NCBI GenBank assembly: GCA_965204535.1
Contig: OZ241996.1
Location: 448,001-512,000, forward strand
Origin: a bacterium
Lineage (GTDB): Bacteria > UBA8248
Length of the DNA stretch: 64,000 nucleotides
Reading direction: 5' to 3'
Both the position numbers and the translations under genes were made by a program. Within the stretch, counting starts at the first letter, position 1; each line of letters begins with the position of its first letter. The notes beneath the pieces were generated by a model that saw only the letters and a list, made by a program, of their open reading frames with translations, did not search any database and was not told where the DNA came from. Below are positions 9,249-19,277 of this stretch, piece after piece.

Positions 9249-10766
9249 TTACGCGCCGGATGCCGCATGGGTCTTCTTCCGGCGGGCCGCGCGGGAGCGC
9301 CTCCGGTGGAGAAACAGGAGCAGGATGAAGAGCGCGACGCCGCCCGATGCCGCATACGGCATCCAGGAGACGCTGTCGCCCTGGACGTCGACAGAGACGG
9401 ACCCCTGGAACCCCTCGGCGGCGAGCCTCAGGTCATAAAGCCCCGTTCCCGGCACCGACTGGCGGACCCGGTACACGGCTTCTTCGAAAGGCCGGTCGTG
9501 CCGGAAGACCGCAAGCCGCGTCTTCCCCCGGCGCACCTCGATGGTCAGGGGACCCGTGTAGCTTTGGCCGGTCCTGGAGTCCGTGAGGCTGACGTAGAAC
9601 TGCACGTCGTCCGGCGTGTCCGAAGTCTGCCGGCGCAGCCCCTCGAAGAAATAGCTCACCACGGTGATGTCGTAACTGCCGACCCGGACGCGCGTTTCGC
9701 GCGTGGGGATCTGGGGGTAGTTCTCGGCATAGCCGTAATGGGGCTTTCCCCGCATGTGGTGGCCGGAGGCGGTGAGCGGGATGAGAAGCAGGACCAGCCC
9801 CAACCCCAGGGAGACGCCCTTTTTCAGGCGCGAGAGAAGCCTGGCCGGAAAGCGCTTGGGTGCGAGTCCCAACGTCAGGAGGTCGTCGGGGCACGCGGTC
9901 GTACAGACCCCGCAGTTGTAGCATTCGGCCAGGGAGAACGACTTCGCCGGGTTGACCCCCATCGGGCAGGCTCTCGCGCAGGCCGTGCAGCCCTCGATGC
10001 AGGGACTCTCGGTCTTACGCACCCGGAAGGGGGCCAGCGAGCCGAAGAAGCCCAGCAGCGCGCCGGTCGGGCAGAGGGAGCGGCACCACGCCCGGCGAGA
10101 GAGGAGCAGTTCCGCCAGGATGACGCCCGAGAAGATCAGGACGCCGCCGTTGGTGACGCCGAACACCATCAGGGAGAACACGTCCCGCCCGATCTGAACG
10201 TGGGGAAGGAGGTTCGCCCACAGGGCGACGTTGAAGACGACCGCCGCGGCCAGACCTATGAGGAGCAGCGCCCACTTGGCCCACCGGGGGACTTTGAGGT
10301 CCGGCGGACGGACCCCGATCTTCGGCAGCGCGCGCTGCCGCAGGAGGTCGAATCCCTCCAGGAGCGTGTTCACCGGGCAGACCCACCCGCAGAAGACCCG
10401 CCCGAGGGCGACGGCCAGGAGAACCGGGAGCGCGGCCCCCGCCAGGAGTGCCGGCCAGGCGGCCGGCGTGCGGAAGGCGGTCTCCGCCGCGACCACCGGA
10501 TCGAGAATCGGGAACCCGAACACCGAGAACGACCCGAAATTGCCCACCCAGTCCATCGACCGGACGGCGGGGTCCGGCAGGCGGCCCACCGTGATCGAAA
10601 ACAGGTGGTAGAGCCATTGCTCGAAGACGGTTCCAGTGAGGGATATCTTGTGGTAGCCGTTCTTGCCGTATTGCTGGTAGAGGATCCCCCCGTAATTGAG
10701 GGCGGGCACGGCCAGGAGAAGACCGAGCGCCCCCAGCTGAATCCCCCTTCTCAGCCGGCGAGCCAT
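9249..10766 (-). CDS. napH: NapH-like membrane ferredoxin-type protein with an extra C-terminal domain
   Basis: GRVFCGWVCP and RRAWCRSLCPTG motifs, two 4Fe-4S motifs (CTACARACP, CYNCGVCTTACP), TM segments; ~190-aa C-terminal extension. Confidence 0.8.
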   Translation of the reverse strand: MARRLRRGIQLGALGLLLAVPALNYGGILYQQYGKNGYHKISLTGTVFEQWLYHLFSITVGRLPDPAVRSMDWVGNFGSFSVFGFPILDPVVAAETAFRTPAAWPALLAGAALPVLLAVALGRVFCGWVCPVNTLLEGFDLLRQRALPKIGVRPPDLKVPRWAKWALLLIGLAAAVVFNVALWANLLPHVQIGRDVFSLMVFGVTNGGVLIFSGVILAELLLSRRAWCRSLCPTGALLGFFGSLAPFRVRKTESPCIEGCTACARACPMGVNPAKSFSLAECYNCGVCTTACPDDLLTLGLAPKRFPARLLSRLKKGVSLGLGLVLLLIPLTASGHHMRGKPHYGYAENYPQIPTRETRVRVGSYDITVVSYFFEGLRRQTSDTPDDVQFYVSLTDSRTGQSYTGPLTIEVRRGKTRLAVFRHDRPFEEAVYRVRQSVPGTGLYDLRLAAEGFQGSVSVDVQGDSVSWMPYAASGGVALFILLLFLHRRRSRAARRKKTHAASGA

Positions 10767-10770
10767 GGTA

Positions 10771-11361
10771 TCAGGACTCCACCGGGACGATGCGGATCGC
10801 CTGGGGGACGTGGATGCAGGCGCGCTCGCAGAGCCCGCAGCCCACGCAGGCGTCCGTCACGATGGGCTGCTCGTACATCCCTGTCTTCATGGCCACCCCG
10901 GGGAAGGGGCAGGCGCGAATGCACACCCCGCAGGTACGCCCCTGGTAGGAGAAGCACATGGATCGATCCACCACCGCGCGACCCATCTTGACCTGGGTGA
11001 GGACGGCTTCGTCGTCTGCGGCGATTCGGGTCAGCGCCCCCGTCGGGCAGACTTCGGTGCACTTCATGCAGAGCATGCAGGCCTGTTCGCGGGGGACGAT
11101 GTAGGGCGTGTTGAGGTTTCTCAGGCCCTGCCCGAACCCGGTCATCTGGATGGCGGTGTTCGGACAGACGGCGGCGCACCTCGCGCAGCGGATGCACCGT
11201 TCGAGGAAGTCCTGCTCGCTCAGCGCGCCGGGCGGGCGGAGGAATCGGCGAAAGCGCGTAGCGGCTCTCGCGAAACTCCTCCGTCCGGTCGCTAGCAAGG
11301 ATGCGACGCCTGTGAGCGCCGCCGCCCCTGCGAGGAGGAACATCCGTCTGTTCAGGCCCAC
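10771..11361 (-). CDS. napG: NapG-like ferredoxin-type protein
   Basis: Tat-like NRRMFL, LRPPGA..FLERCIRCARCAAVCP, four Cys clusters. Confidence 0.85.
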   Translation of the reverse strand: MGLNRRMFLLAGAAALTGVASLLATGRRSFARAATRFRRFLRPPGALSEQDFLERCIRCARCAAVCPNTAIQMTGFGQGLRNLNTPYIVPREQACMLCMKCTEVCPTGALTRIAADDEAVLTQVKMGRAVVDRSMCFSYQGRTCGVCIRACPFPGVAMKTGMYEQPIVTDACVGCGLCERACIHVPQAIRIVPVES

Positions 11362-11441
11362 TCTACCACCTCCATGTCTCCAGCCCGGCGAGACGGGGAA
11401 GACGGGAAACCTCTCCCCGTCCCGCTCGCTGCATCAAGTAT

Positions 11442-14081
11442 TCAAATCTTCTCGATCCTTGCCTTTACGTGCTTGAAGTCCGCCTGGCCCGATACCGGAT
11501 CGAAAGCCCGGTGCGTGACCGCATTGACGAGCCAGCGGTTCTTCTTCGGGTCGGCGCTGTCCGCCACGGAGAGGTTCCACGGGGAGAACACCTGCCCCGG
11601 CATGACCTTGTTGCGCGCGGGCTTGACCTTGCTCTTCGTGCCGATGCTGGCCCGCGCCTCGTAGCTGCCCCGGGGCGTCACGACCCGGACCCATTCCCCG
11701 TCCTCGATTCCGAGCTTCCGGGCGTCGCGGGGGTTCATTTCGAGATACTGCTCCGGCACCAGCCGCCGGGTGGTGGCCGCCCGGATCGTCTTGGTGGTGT
11801 GGAAGTGCTCGAAGACGACCCCCAGGTTCAGCCAGAACGGGTACTTGTCGGCTTTCTTGATCTCCGCCATGGTCTTTCCGTAGTAGTCGAAATCGGGAAG
11901 TTCCGGCGTCAACCCGTCGTCGCGCATCTGGATAAGCACGTCGTAATGGTCCACGGCGTAGAAATCCGGGTCCTTGCCCGCTTTCGCGAAGATGTCCGTC
12001 AGCTCCTTGGCGCGTGAATAGTCCTGCTCGGTGAGCTTGAACTTCGCCCTGCCGTCCTTGCGGCGGAAGGCGCTGTAGGGCTTGTCCTTCCAGCCCTTCT
12101 CCTGCGCCATGTACTTGCGCGGGATTCCTCCCCCTTTGGCGATCTCATACGTGGGGGCGGGATAAAAGATTCCCTTGCGCTTCCGAAGCTGCTCGTAGGG
12201 AGAGAGTTTGTCCCGCTTTTCCACCTCCAGCATTCCCGTCAAATCCGCATCCGAACCCTTGCTGGCCCGTATGATGTCCCGGTAGACCTCCTCGGGGTCA
12301 TAGTAGCCGTCCGCCTTCCTCTGGTAGGGGAATATCTTCTCCGCGTCCAGGCCGAGCTTCGCGGCGATGGACTTGCCCTCGTCGATGATGACGTCCAGAT
12401 CGGGCCTGCAGTTTTCGGGCGGCTCCATGGCCTTGTCCGTGACGTACATCTTCCGCTCGCTGTTCTGGTACACGCCCCATTTCTCCCCGTGGGTGGCGGC
12501 GGGGAAGATGACGTCGCCGTAGAGCAGGTTCGGGGCGTGCCGGTAGGCCTCCACCATGTAGGTGAACGTCTTGGTGATGGCGGGGCGGATGAGGGTGTCC
12601 ACCTCCGGCAGGTCCACGTGGGTGGCGTAGGCGAACTGCATTATCTTGATGTCGCCCTTCATGGCGCGCTCGAACATGCCGATGGTCATGCCCTTGTTCG
12701 GGGCGGCGGCGGTGACGTCGAGCCGTCCGGGAGGCAGGCCCCAGGCCTCGTTGATCTTCTTGCGGTGCGCGGCGTTCTTGATGCCCTCGTTGAACGGGAG
12801 CCGCCCGGTCAGGCCGCCCATCAGGCGTTCGCTCATGGCGTTGGGCTGCCCCGTCATGGAGAACGGCCCCGCGCCCGGCCTCCCGATGTTTCCGGTCAGC
12901 AGGTGGAGGTTGATGATGTTGATGTTGCGGTGCTGTCCATGTAGGGACTGGTTGTACCCGATCCCCCAGAAGGAGAGGACGCCGCCTTTCTTGCGCCGCT
13001 TCCCCTTCAGGGTGGCGTCCGCCCAGATCGAGGCTATCCGCCGGACCACCGAGGGGGCGATCCCCGTCCGGTCGATGACCTGCTCCGGGCTGTAGCGGGC
13101 CATGATGCCTTCGCGGTAATCGTCGAAACCGTCCGTGTGCTGCCGGATGAAGGCCTCGTCCACGGCCTGGGGGAACTCCTTCATCAGGACGTGGGCGATG
13201 GCGTTCTGAAGAGAAAGATCGCCGTTGGGGCGGATGGTGATCGAGAGGCTGTTGTTGGGGTTGATCTGGGCGTAGCCGTCCATGGTGCCGGTGTAGCGCG
13301 GGTCGACCACCATGGTCGGGATGTTCCGCTTTTCCTTGGTGGCCGCCACGCGCCAGAACAGGACGGGGTGCGACCCGCGCGCGTTGTGGCCCCAGTGATT
13401 GATGAAGTCGGCGTCTTCGATGTCGGAATAGTTCCCCGGCGGGTGGTCGCTCCCGAGGCTGTGGATGTAGCCCGTCACGGCCGAGGTCATGCACATCCGG
13501 GCGTTGGCCTCGATGCTGTTCGACTGGAGGACGCCCTTGTAGAAGATGTTGTCCAGCCATTGCTCCTCCATGGTCAACTGGCCGGACTGGTAGATCCCCA
13601 CGGAGTTCCCCCCGTGCTTCTTCACGACGCCGACGACCATGTTCGAGACGATGTCCATGCCTTCTTCCCACGTGCCGACGCGGAAGACGTCTTTATCGAA
13701 GCGCCCTTTCGTCTTCGAGACGTGGCCGGTAAGCGGGTTGGACATGTCCTTGCGGATCAGCACCTCCTCCAGCCGGTCGACGTAGAGGGACTCCGCGGCC
13801 GTGAGACCCTTGATGCACTGAAGCCCCAGGTTGACGGGGGAGTCCTTGTCCGGGATGCACGCCACGATCTTTTCATTCTCGACGACGTAATAGGTGTGGC
13901 ATCCCACGCCGCAGTAGGGGCATTGTGTGGGCACCAGCTTCCGCGTGTCCTGGGCGCCTTCCGCCTCTCCGACGAGCTGGAATAACTCCTTGTCGCGGGT
14001 CAGGGCCCCGCCCATGGCGAGCCCGGTGGCCAGCGCGGTGGACGATTGCAGAAACGCACGGCGATTGAATTTCGGCATCAC
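11442..14081 (-). CDS. napA: Tat-exported Mo-bisPGD nitrate reductase-like catalytic subunit (NapA/NasA clade)
   Basis: FNRRAFLQ Tat motif; CPYCGVGC..CIKG 4Fe-4S motif; NARMCMTSA Mo-ligand Cys; GQPNAM; DPVSGQADFK C-terminus; adjacent to napG/napH. Confidence 0.8.
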   Translation of the reverse strand: MMPKFNRRAFLQSSTALATGLAMGGALTRDKELFQLVGEAEGAQDTRKLVPTQCPYCGVGCHTYYVVENEKIVACIPDKDSPVNLGLQCIKGLTAAESLYVDRLEEVLIRKDMSNPLTGHVSKTKGRFDKDVFRVGTWEEGMDIVSNMVVGVVKKHGGNSVGIYQSGQLTMEEQWLDNIFYKGVLQSNSIEANARMCMTSAVTGYIHSLGSDHPPGNYSDIEDADFINHWGHNARGSHPVLFWRVAATKEKRNIPTMVVDPRYTGTMDGYAQINPNNSLSITIRPNGDLSLQNAIAHVLMKEFPQAVDEAFIRQHTDGFDDYREGIMARYSPEQVIDRTGIAPSVVRRIASIWADATLKGKRRKKGGVLSFWGIGYNQSLHGQHRNINIINLHLLTGNIGRPGAGPFSMTGQPNAMSERLMGGLTGRLPFNEGIKNAAHRKKINEAWGLPPGRLDVTAAAPNKGMTIGMFERAMKGDIKIMQFAYATHVDLPEVDTLIRPAITKTFTYMVEAYRHAPNLLYGDVIFPAATHGEKWGVYQNSERKMYVTDKAMEPPENCRPDLDVIIDEGKSIAAKLGLDAEKIFPYQRKADGYYDPEEVYRDIIRASKGSDADLTGMLEVEKRDKLSPYEQLRKRKGIFYPAPTYEIAKGGGIPRKYMAQEKGWKDKPYSAFRRKDGRAKFKLTEQDYSRAKELTDIFAKAGKDPDFYAVDHYDVLIQMRDDGLTPELPDFDYYGKTMAEIKKADKYPFWLNLGVVFEHFHTTKTIRAATTRRLVPEQYLEMNPRDARKLGIEDGEWVRVVTPRGSYEARASIGTKSKVKPARNKVMPGQVFSPWNLSVADSADPKKNRWLVNAVTHRAFDPVSGQADFKHVKARIEKI

Positions 14082-14818
14082 TTGTCCCTCCAGGGGTCTA
14101 CGGGTCCCGAATCGCGTTTTTCCCAGGTGCGGATGTAGGCGACGATGTCGTTAATCTCTTCTTCGGTCAGTTCCACCATGCCCTGCTTGCCCTTGAGGTA
14201 GGCCCCCATCGGCGTACCGACCCGGCCCTGCATCATCGTCGCCTTGATGTAGCCGTCGGTGGCGGATTTCAGAAAACCCTGGTTGTTCAGGGCGGGTCCG
14301 GCGTAGCCCGCCATGGCGTTTGTCACGTGGCCTCCACCCACCTGGGGGCCGCCGAGGCCGTCCCGCCCATGACAGCCGGAGCACATCCCGTCGAAGAACT
14401 CCTTTCCGCGGGATACGGAACCCGCCACGCGCTTTTGATCGATCCCGGCGTAGTCGCGCAGCTGCCAGCTTCGCACATAGGTCGCGATGGCTTCGATGTC
14501 TTCTTTTTTCAGGAAAGTCCCGTACGGGATCATCTGGCGCGGCAACCGCCCGTAGAAGATGGAGCGGCGGATGTACCCTTCGGGGGCAACGGACAGGAAG
14601 CTTTGCAGGTTCAGGGGGAGACCCACGCCTCCTTTGCCGTTTTTGCCGTGGCAGGCCGCGCAGTGAATCAGGTAGAGCCGGCTGCCCTTCGAATAGACGG
14701 AATCCCATTTGGAATCGCGATCGAAGGCGTTGGCTCCGGTGGGGGGAAGGAGCGTGGCGATCAGCAAGAAAGAGAAGAGAAAACCGACGAGAACCGGGAA
14801 TGGGCGCCACTGTTTCAT
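14078..14818 (-). CDS. Secreted diheme c-type cytochrome
   Basis: Signal peptide, CAACH and CSGCH motifs; stop overlaps the oxidoreductase start; AGGAG RBS. Confidence 0.85.
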   Translation of the reverse strand: MKQWRPFPVLVGFLFSFLLIATLLPPTGANAFDRDSKWDSVYSKGSRLYLIHCAACHGKNGKGGVGLPLNLQSFLSVAPEGYIRRSIFYGRLPRQMIPYGTFLKKEDIEAIATYVRSWQLRDYAGIDQKRVAGSVSRGKEFFDGMCSGCHGRDGLGGPQVGGGHVTNAMAGYAGPALNNQGFLKSATDGYIKATMMQGRVGTPMGAYLKGKQGMVELTEEEINDIVAYIRTWEKRDSGPVDPWRDK

Positions 14819-14953
14819 AATTGTTCTCCTCCCGAACAGCCTTAGCTCCTATGTTGGTGGGCCGAGCCTTGCTTGAACTCCTTTCTCTTATCCCCCGAAC
14901 GGGGGTCGAACTCGTGTGTCAGGTGGTGCGCTTCACTCACGCCTATATAATTA

Positions 14954-14982
14954 AAAATAGGTTCGAAGGGTCGAATTGTCAA
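14954..14982 (-). promoter_or_regulatory. Sigma70-type promoter of the nap-like operon
   Basis: Minus strand TTGACA-N17-TATTTT about 135 nt upstream of the cytochrome ATG. Confidence 0.55.
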
Positions 14983-15124
14983 TAAATCCTTTCGGTTCGC
15001 ATGGATGCGGCTGAAAGAAACTCGCGCCGCCGCATCAGGCGTCATAGAAGCGGCGGATGCGGTCGGAATCATCCGCCGTCCCGGCGGGTTCAAGGCGAAG
15101 CAATGCGGCGCAGCCTTTGCTCAT

Positions 15125-15319
15125 GGGATTTGTTGAAAAAGCCCGTCTGCGACTCCCGCAAACCGCCAACGCCTCTTTCCTCACCCTGAGTAACCGCCGT
15201 AGGCGGCGTATCGAAGGGCGAAGGGAGCCAGACGTCTCGCGCCGGGCGAGAGGGCATCCTTCGATACGCGGTTTCACCGCTACTCAGGATGAAGCGGAGA
15301 GGGATTTTGCAACAGCCCC
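15125..15319. repeat. MITE-like element with TGTTGAAAAA/TTTTGCAACAG ends and a different REP cargo
   Basis: GGGATTTGTTGAAAAAGCCC...GGGATTTTGCAACAGCCCC; internal CCTGAGTA..GTATCGAAGG / CCTTCGATAC..TACTCAGG inverted pair. Confidence 0.7.
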
Positions 15320-15503
15320 TCATGGCGGAGGTGGAATCGTCCGTCGGTGGGGGGAGATCGAGGCCGGGGCGGATCGGCGCCGCCGTTTTGTTGTATGATG
15401 GCGAAGAGTTCACCACGACCCCCCGCATCGTTCATGGCGGGCCGTGGGTTGGGTAAGGCCGTCTACAGCGTTACCGGAACAAATCATTACGGGAGAGAGA
15501 ACC

Positions 15504-16625
15504 ATGGAAGATGTGCGCGTGGAGCGGATGGCGGAGATCATCACGGGGTATTCCTCAAAAATAAAGCGGGGCGATCTCGTCGGCATCCGGGGCAGCACGG
15601 CCGCCGCGCCGCTGATTCGCGCGCTCTACGCCGAGTGCGTCCGGCGCGGCGCTTACGTCTCCGCCGAGGTGTCGCTGCCGGGGCTGGAAGAGATTTTCTA
15701 CGAACACGCCACCCGCAGGCAGCTGGAGTTCCTCTCGCCGGTGCGGAAGTTCGAGATCGAAAATCTGGACGTCGTCATCTCCATACTCTCCGAGACGAAC
15801 ACCCGGCGGCTCTCGGGCGCGGACCCCAAGAAACAGGCGCTCGCCTCCAAAGCCAGACAGCCCGTCATGGAGACGTTCATGAAGCGCGCCGCAGAGCACG
15901 AGAAGAAGGGGAAGGGGGGCTTACGGTGGACGCTCACCCTGTTCCCCACCGAAGCCTACGCCCAGGATGCCGAGATGGGCATCCGCGAATACGAGGATTT
16001 CGTATTCAGCGCGTGTTTCGCGAATGAAGCGGGCGGCATCAGGCGCTGGCGGGCGCAGGACAGGCACCAGGCGCGCGTCATCCGTTATCTCAAGGGCCGT
16101 AAAGTCGTGGAAATCGGGGCGCCGGGCACCGACCTTAGGGTCGGCATCGCGGGGCGTCCGTTCATGAACTGCTCGGGGCACAACAATTTCCCGGATGGGG
16201 AAGTCTTCACCGGTCCGCAGGAGAACAGGATCGACGGAAAAATCCGCTATTCCTTCCCCGCCTGCATCCAGGGGCGTGAGGTGGAGGGCGTGGCGCTCGA
16301 ATTCGAGAAAGGGGAAGTCGTCAAGGCGTCGGCGGAGAAGAACGAGGCGTTCCTGAAATCCATGATCGGCATGGACGACGGCGCCAAACGGGTGGGGGAG
16401 TTCGCCTTCGGTCTCAACGCCGGCATCCAGCGCTTCACCAAGAACACGCTGTTCGACGAGAAGATCGGCGGCACGCTGCACCTGGCGCTCGGCAAGGGCT
16501 ACCCCCAGAGCGGGTCGAAGAACAACTCCGCCCTGCACTGGGACATGGTGTGCGATTTGAGGGAGGGCGGCGAGGTCTACGTGGACGGAAAGCTCTTCTC
16601 GAAGGACGGGGAACTCCAGATTTAG
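15504..16625 (+). CDS. Aminopeptidase, M29 (AmpS/PepS) family
   Basis: NFPDGEVFTGP, GEFAFG, LFDEKIGGTLHLALG, SALHWDMV. Confidence 0.92.
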   Translation: MEDVRVERMAEIITGYSSKIKRGDLVGIRGSTAAAPLIRALYAECVRRGAYVSAEVSLPGLEEIFYEHATRRQLEFLSPVRKFEIENLDVVISILSETNTRRLSGADPKKQALASKARQPVMETFMKRAAEHEKKGKGGLRWTLTLFPTEAYAQDAEMGIREYEDFVFSACFANEAGGIRRWRAQDRHQARVIRYLKGRKVVEIGAPGTDLRVGIAGRPFMNCSGHNNFPDGEVFTGPQENRIDGKIRYSFPACIQGREVEGVALEFEKGEVVKASAEKNEAFLKSMIGMDDGAKRVGEFAFGLNAGIQRFTKNTLFDEKIGGTLHLALGKGYPQSGSKNNSALHWDMVCDLREGGEVYVDGKLFSKDGELQI

Positions 16626-16723
16626 CCGCGTTCCAAAACCCGATTCGCATCGGCTCCGGGGGTTGGTCGCCGGACACGCAAAATGCTATTCTCCACGCGC
16701 CGTTTCTGAACGGAGGCCCACAC

Positions 16724-16799
16724 GGGCGGGTAGCTCAGCTGGCAGAGCGGCGCCCTTACAAGGCGTAGGCCGGAGGTTCGAACCCTCTCCCGCCCACCA
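16724..16799 (+). tRNA. tRNA-Val(TAC)
   Basis: GGGCGGG acceptor stem pairs with CCCGCCC-ACCA; TAGCTCAG D arm; GCGCC-CTTACAA-GGCGT anticodon arm; GGTTCGAACC T loop; 76 nt. Confidence 0.95.
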
Positions 16800-16861
16800 A
16801 GGAAAGTCTGGTTGCAGGCAGGTGATTACGCCGAGTTCCTGTATCTTCGACCGTTCCATCA

Positions 16862-17220
16862 GGGGCTGCTGAAAAACCCCTCGTCGCTCGGAATTGACCG
16901 CTGTCGTCATTCCGGCGAAAGCCGGAATCCATTTACTTCGTCTTTGTTTTTTCTGAAGAGCGGTTGCCCTTTTGCAGGATGGTTCGAATCGGGACAGGCA
17001 CGAAGGCCTGTCCTTACGGAGCGGCACCTCTTCGTTCGGTTTGATTGCTCTCTTGCCTGCATGAAAACCAACCCCCCCCTACCCCCCCTTGACAGGGGGG
17101 TATAAAAAGGCGACCCCCGCCGCCGGTAGAAGGGCTTTTGTTTTTTCTTGCCCCCTGACAAGGGGGGGTAGGGGGGGGTTGCCTTTGTCCTCTGACAAGG
17201 GGGTCTTTTTCAACAACGCC
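16862..17220. repeat. Composite MITE-like element downstream of tRNA-Val
   Basis: GGGGCTGCTGAAAAACCCC...GGGTCTTTTTCAACAACGCC; contains CGTCATTCCGGCGAAAGCCGGAATCCA, a GGACAGGC palindrome and the C/G-tract IR core. Confidence 0.8.
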
Positions 17221-17363
17221 CTCAAGGGGGAGTGCTTTTGGAATTCTGCTCGGAGGGGAGCGATCTCCGTGAGGGCTGTACACCGGGGGTGGGGAATTCT
17301 CCCCACCCCCGGTTAAGTCTCAGCCTGTGCGGCTATTGCTGAACCAGTGCCGCTTGTAGCGCC

Positions 17364-19091
17364 TTACCTCGCCACTGCGCCGGGCCGACGTTTGGGGATG
17401 ATCGGCACGAGCAGGTAGGACTGGTGGTTCGGGCCGGTGTGCAGCGTGGTGCGCCCGCCGAAGACTTCCTTGCAGCGATCGACGGGGTGATCGTGCAGGA
17501 ACGGTCCCGAGCCGCGTGAGGGCACGTAGGCCTGCACCGCGGGTCCGGGGCGGTCGAAGTCCTGTCCGGCGATGTTGATGGAGAGCTGAAACCCTTTCGG
17601 CAGCACGATGCACTGGGGCCAGATTTCCACGTCGAGCTCGTAGATCCTGTCCGGCGTGAGCGGCATCTTGTCGTCGTGCGTATGGTAGGGCCGCCAGGGT
17701 TCGGAGAGTTCCTCGTCCAGCTTTCGGTGCGAGGCGCGCAGCCAGCCCTGTGCGAGCGGCGTCTTGGGGTCGACCGTGCCCTGGAAGTAGACTTCGCGGT
17801 TTTTGGGCGAGAACGCCTGGACGGTGACGAACAGGTCCGCATCCACCGTGGAGGAGGAGATGAAAAGCTTGGCCGACATGGGGCCGGTGATCTCGGTCTC
17901 TTCCTTGAGCGGCGCCGTCCGGAGCGTGATGCCGCGCGTGAGCGCCCGGAAGGTCCTGGAGCGTTTCGCCTTGGGCGGGTTAAAGTCGAGCTTGCCTTTG
18001 CCGCCCGCGTGGAGGTAGAGCTTCGTCCACTTGGTGCCCTTGAGCGGCCACTCGTGCTCCTTGCGCAGTTCCACCTCGTCGGTGAACGGACGGCGGATGT
18101 TCAGCCACACGCGGGGCTCTTTCTCCCAGCCGTTCTGCTCGCCCTTGAGATAGTAGTCGAAGAAGCGCTTCTGGAGTTCCATGCCGTATTCGAGATAAAA
18201 CCACTCCTCGTGCCTGCCCGGATGGCCTTCGAGCCATTTTTCTTCGGACGCCGCCTGCGTGTAGGCCTCGAAGTTCCCGCGCGGGTGGAGGCCGAAGCCC
18301 GCCCAGCTTCCCGCGCTCAGGAAGGGCACCTTCACCTTCGACCAGTCGGGCGAGCGGGAGCGGTACCAGTCGTCATCCATCTCGCGCGCGAGGAAGTTCG
18401 CGAGCGTGTCGGCGCGGTTGTCCTTGAGTTCTTCCTTGGAAAGCGTCGCCGGGCCCGTCGAGCGCGTCTCCATCCAGTGGTCGCGCGGGCCGTCGGGGTT
18501 GCCGTGCTGGACCGCCTCGACCTGGCGCGGATACCAGATTTCCATGAATTTGTTGGAGAGGATGCCCCCGTGGCGCGCCCAGTCGCGGTAGTGGTCGGCC
18601 GCGCCCTCCCAGGGGATCATGGCTGTTAAGTGCTTGGGCTGAAGCTCCGCGACCTGCCACTGGTTGATGGCGTAATAGGAGACACCGTTCAGGCCCACCT
18701 TGCCGTTCGACCATTTCTGCTGCCCCGCCCATTCGATGGCGTTGGCGAAGTCCCTGGTCTCGCGCGGGGAGAAGATATCGAGATAGCCGGGCGAGCGGCC
18801 GGCGCCGCGCGAATCGACCCGCACGCAGGCGTAGCCCCAGGGCACCCATATCTCGGGGTCCACCGTCTCCCAGGTGAGCCAGCGGTGCTGGGAGCCTTCC
18901 AGGATGTCGGGGTGCATCTTCACCAGTGAATCCCAGAGCGGCTTGTAGTGTTCCTGATATTTGACGCCCTTGCCGTAGGGGCCGCCCGCCAGCACGACGG
19001 GCACCTTCGCCTTGGTGTCGGGCCGGAATACGTCGACCCGCAGCACCACCCCGTCATCCATCTCGACGGGCAGATCACGTTCGATAATCAT
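17364..19091 (-). CDS. CocE/NonD family serine hydrolase
   Basis: MDDGVVLRVDVFRP, GPYGK, WSNGKVGLNGVSYY, C-terminal EITGP..GWLRASHR; GGAGG RBS before ATG 19091. Confidence 0.9.
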   Translation of the reverse strand: MIIERDLPVEMDDGVVLRVDVFRPDTKAKVPVVLAGGPYGKGVKYQEHYKPLWDSLVKMHPDILEGSQHRWLTWETVDPEIWVPWGYACVRVDSRGAGRSPGYLDIFSPRETRDFANAIEWAGQQKWSNGKVGLNGVSYYAINQWQVAELQPKHLTAMIPWEGAADHYRDWARHGGILSNKFMEIWYPRQVEAVQHGNPDGPRDHWMETRSTGPATLSKEELKDNRADTLANFLAREMDDDWYRSRSPDWSKVKVPFLSAGSWAGFGLHPRGNFEAYTQAASEEKWLEGHPGRHEEWFYLEYGMELQKRFFDYYLKGEQNGWEKEPRVWLNIRRPFTDEVELRKEHEWPLKGTKWTKLYLHAGGKGKLDFNPPKAKRSRTFRALTRGITLRTAPLKEETEITGPMSAKLFISSSTVDADLFVTVQAFSPKNREVYFQGTVDPKTPLAQGWLRASHRKLDEELSEPWRPYHTHDDKMPLTPDRIYELDVEIWPQCIVLPKGFQLSINIAGQDFDRPGPAVQAYVPSRGSGPFLHDHPVDRCKEVFGGRTTLHTGPNHQSYLLVPIIPKRRPGAVAR

Positions 19092-19277
19092 ACGCACCTC
19101 CTGAGTTTGAGAATGAGGCCGCGGCTCCCGAGACGGGGCCGCCCGCTCTTTCCGCGTTTCCGCATGAGTAGAATGTGAGGAAATTATGCGCGAACGCCGC
19201 GCGTTTTTCAATTTGCGGAATTGATGGCTTTTGCGTTTTCTCTCTCCGGGAGTTTGGTGAAGGGGAGGGGAGAAACA

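Noticed and set aside
8967-10991. 674-aa plus-strand ORF and other long Arg/Gly/Pro-rich ORFs opposite real genes (e.g. 24725-26017, 27645-29153, 39541-40836, 59016-60353)
   Set aside because: Typical high-GC antisense or alternate-frame artefacts overlapping well-supported CDSs
16724-17300. tRNA-Val as the attachment site of an integrated element
   Set aside because: No integrase and no duplicated tRNA 3' end seen in the window; only a MITE-like repeat follows
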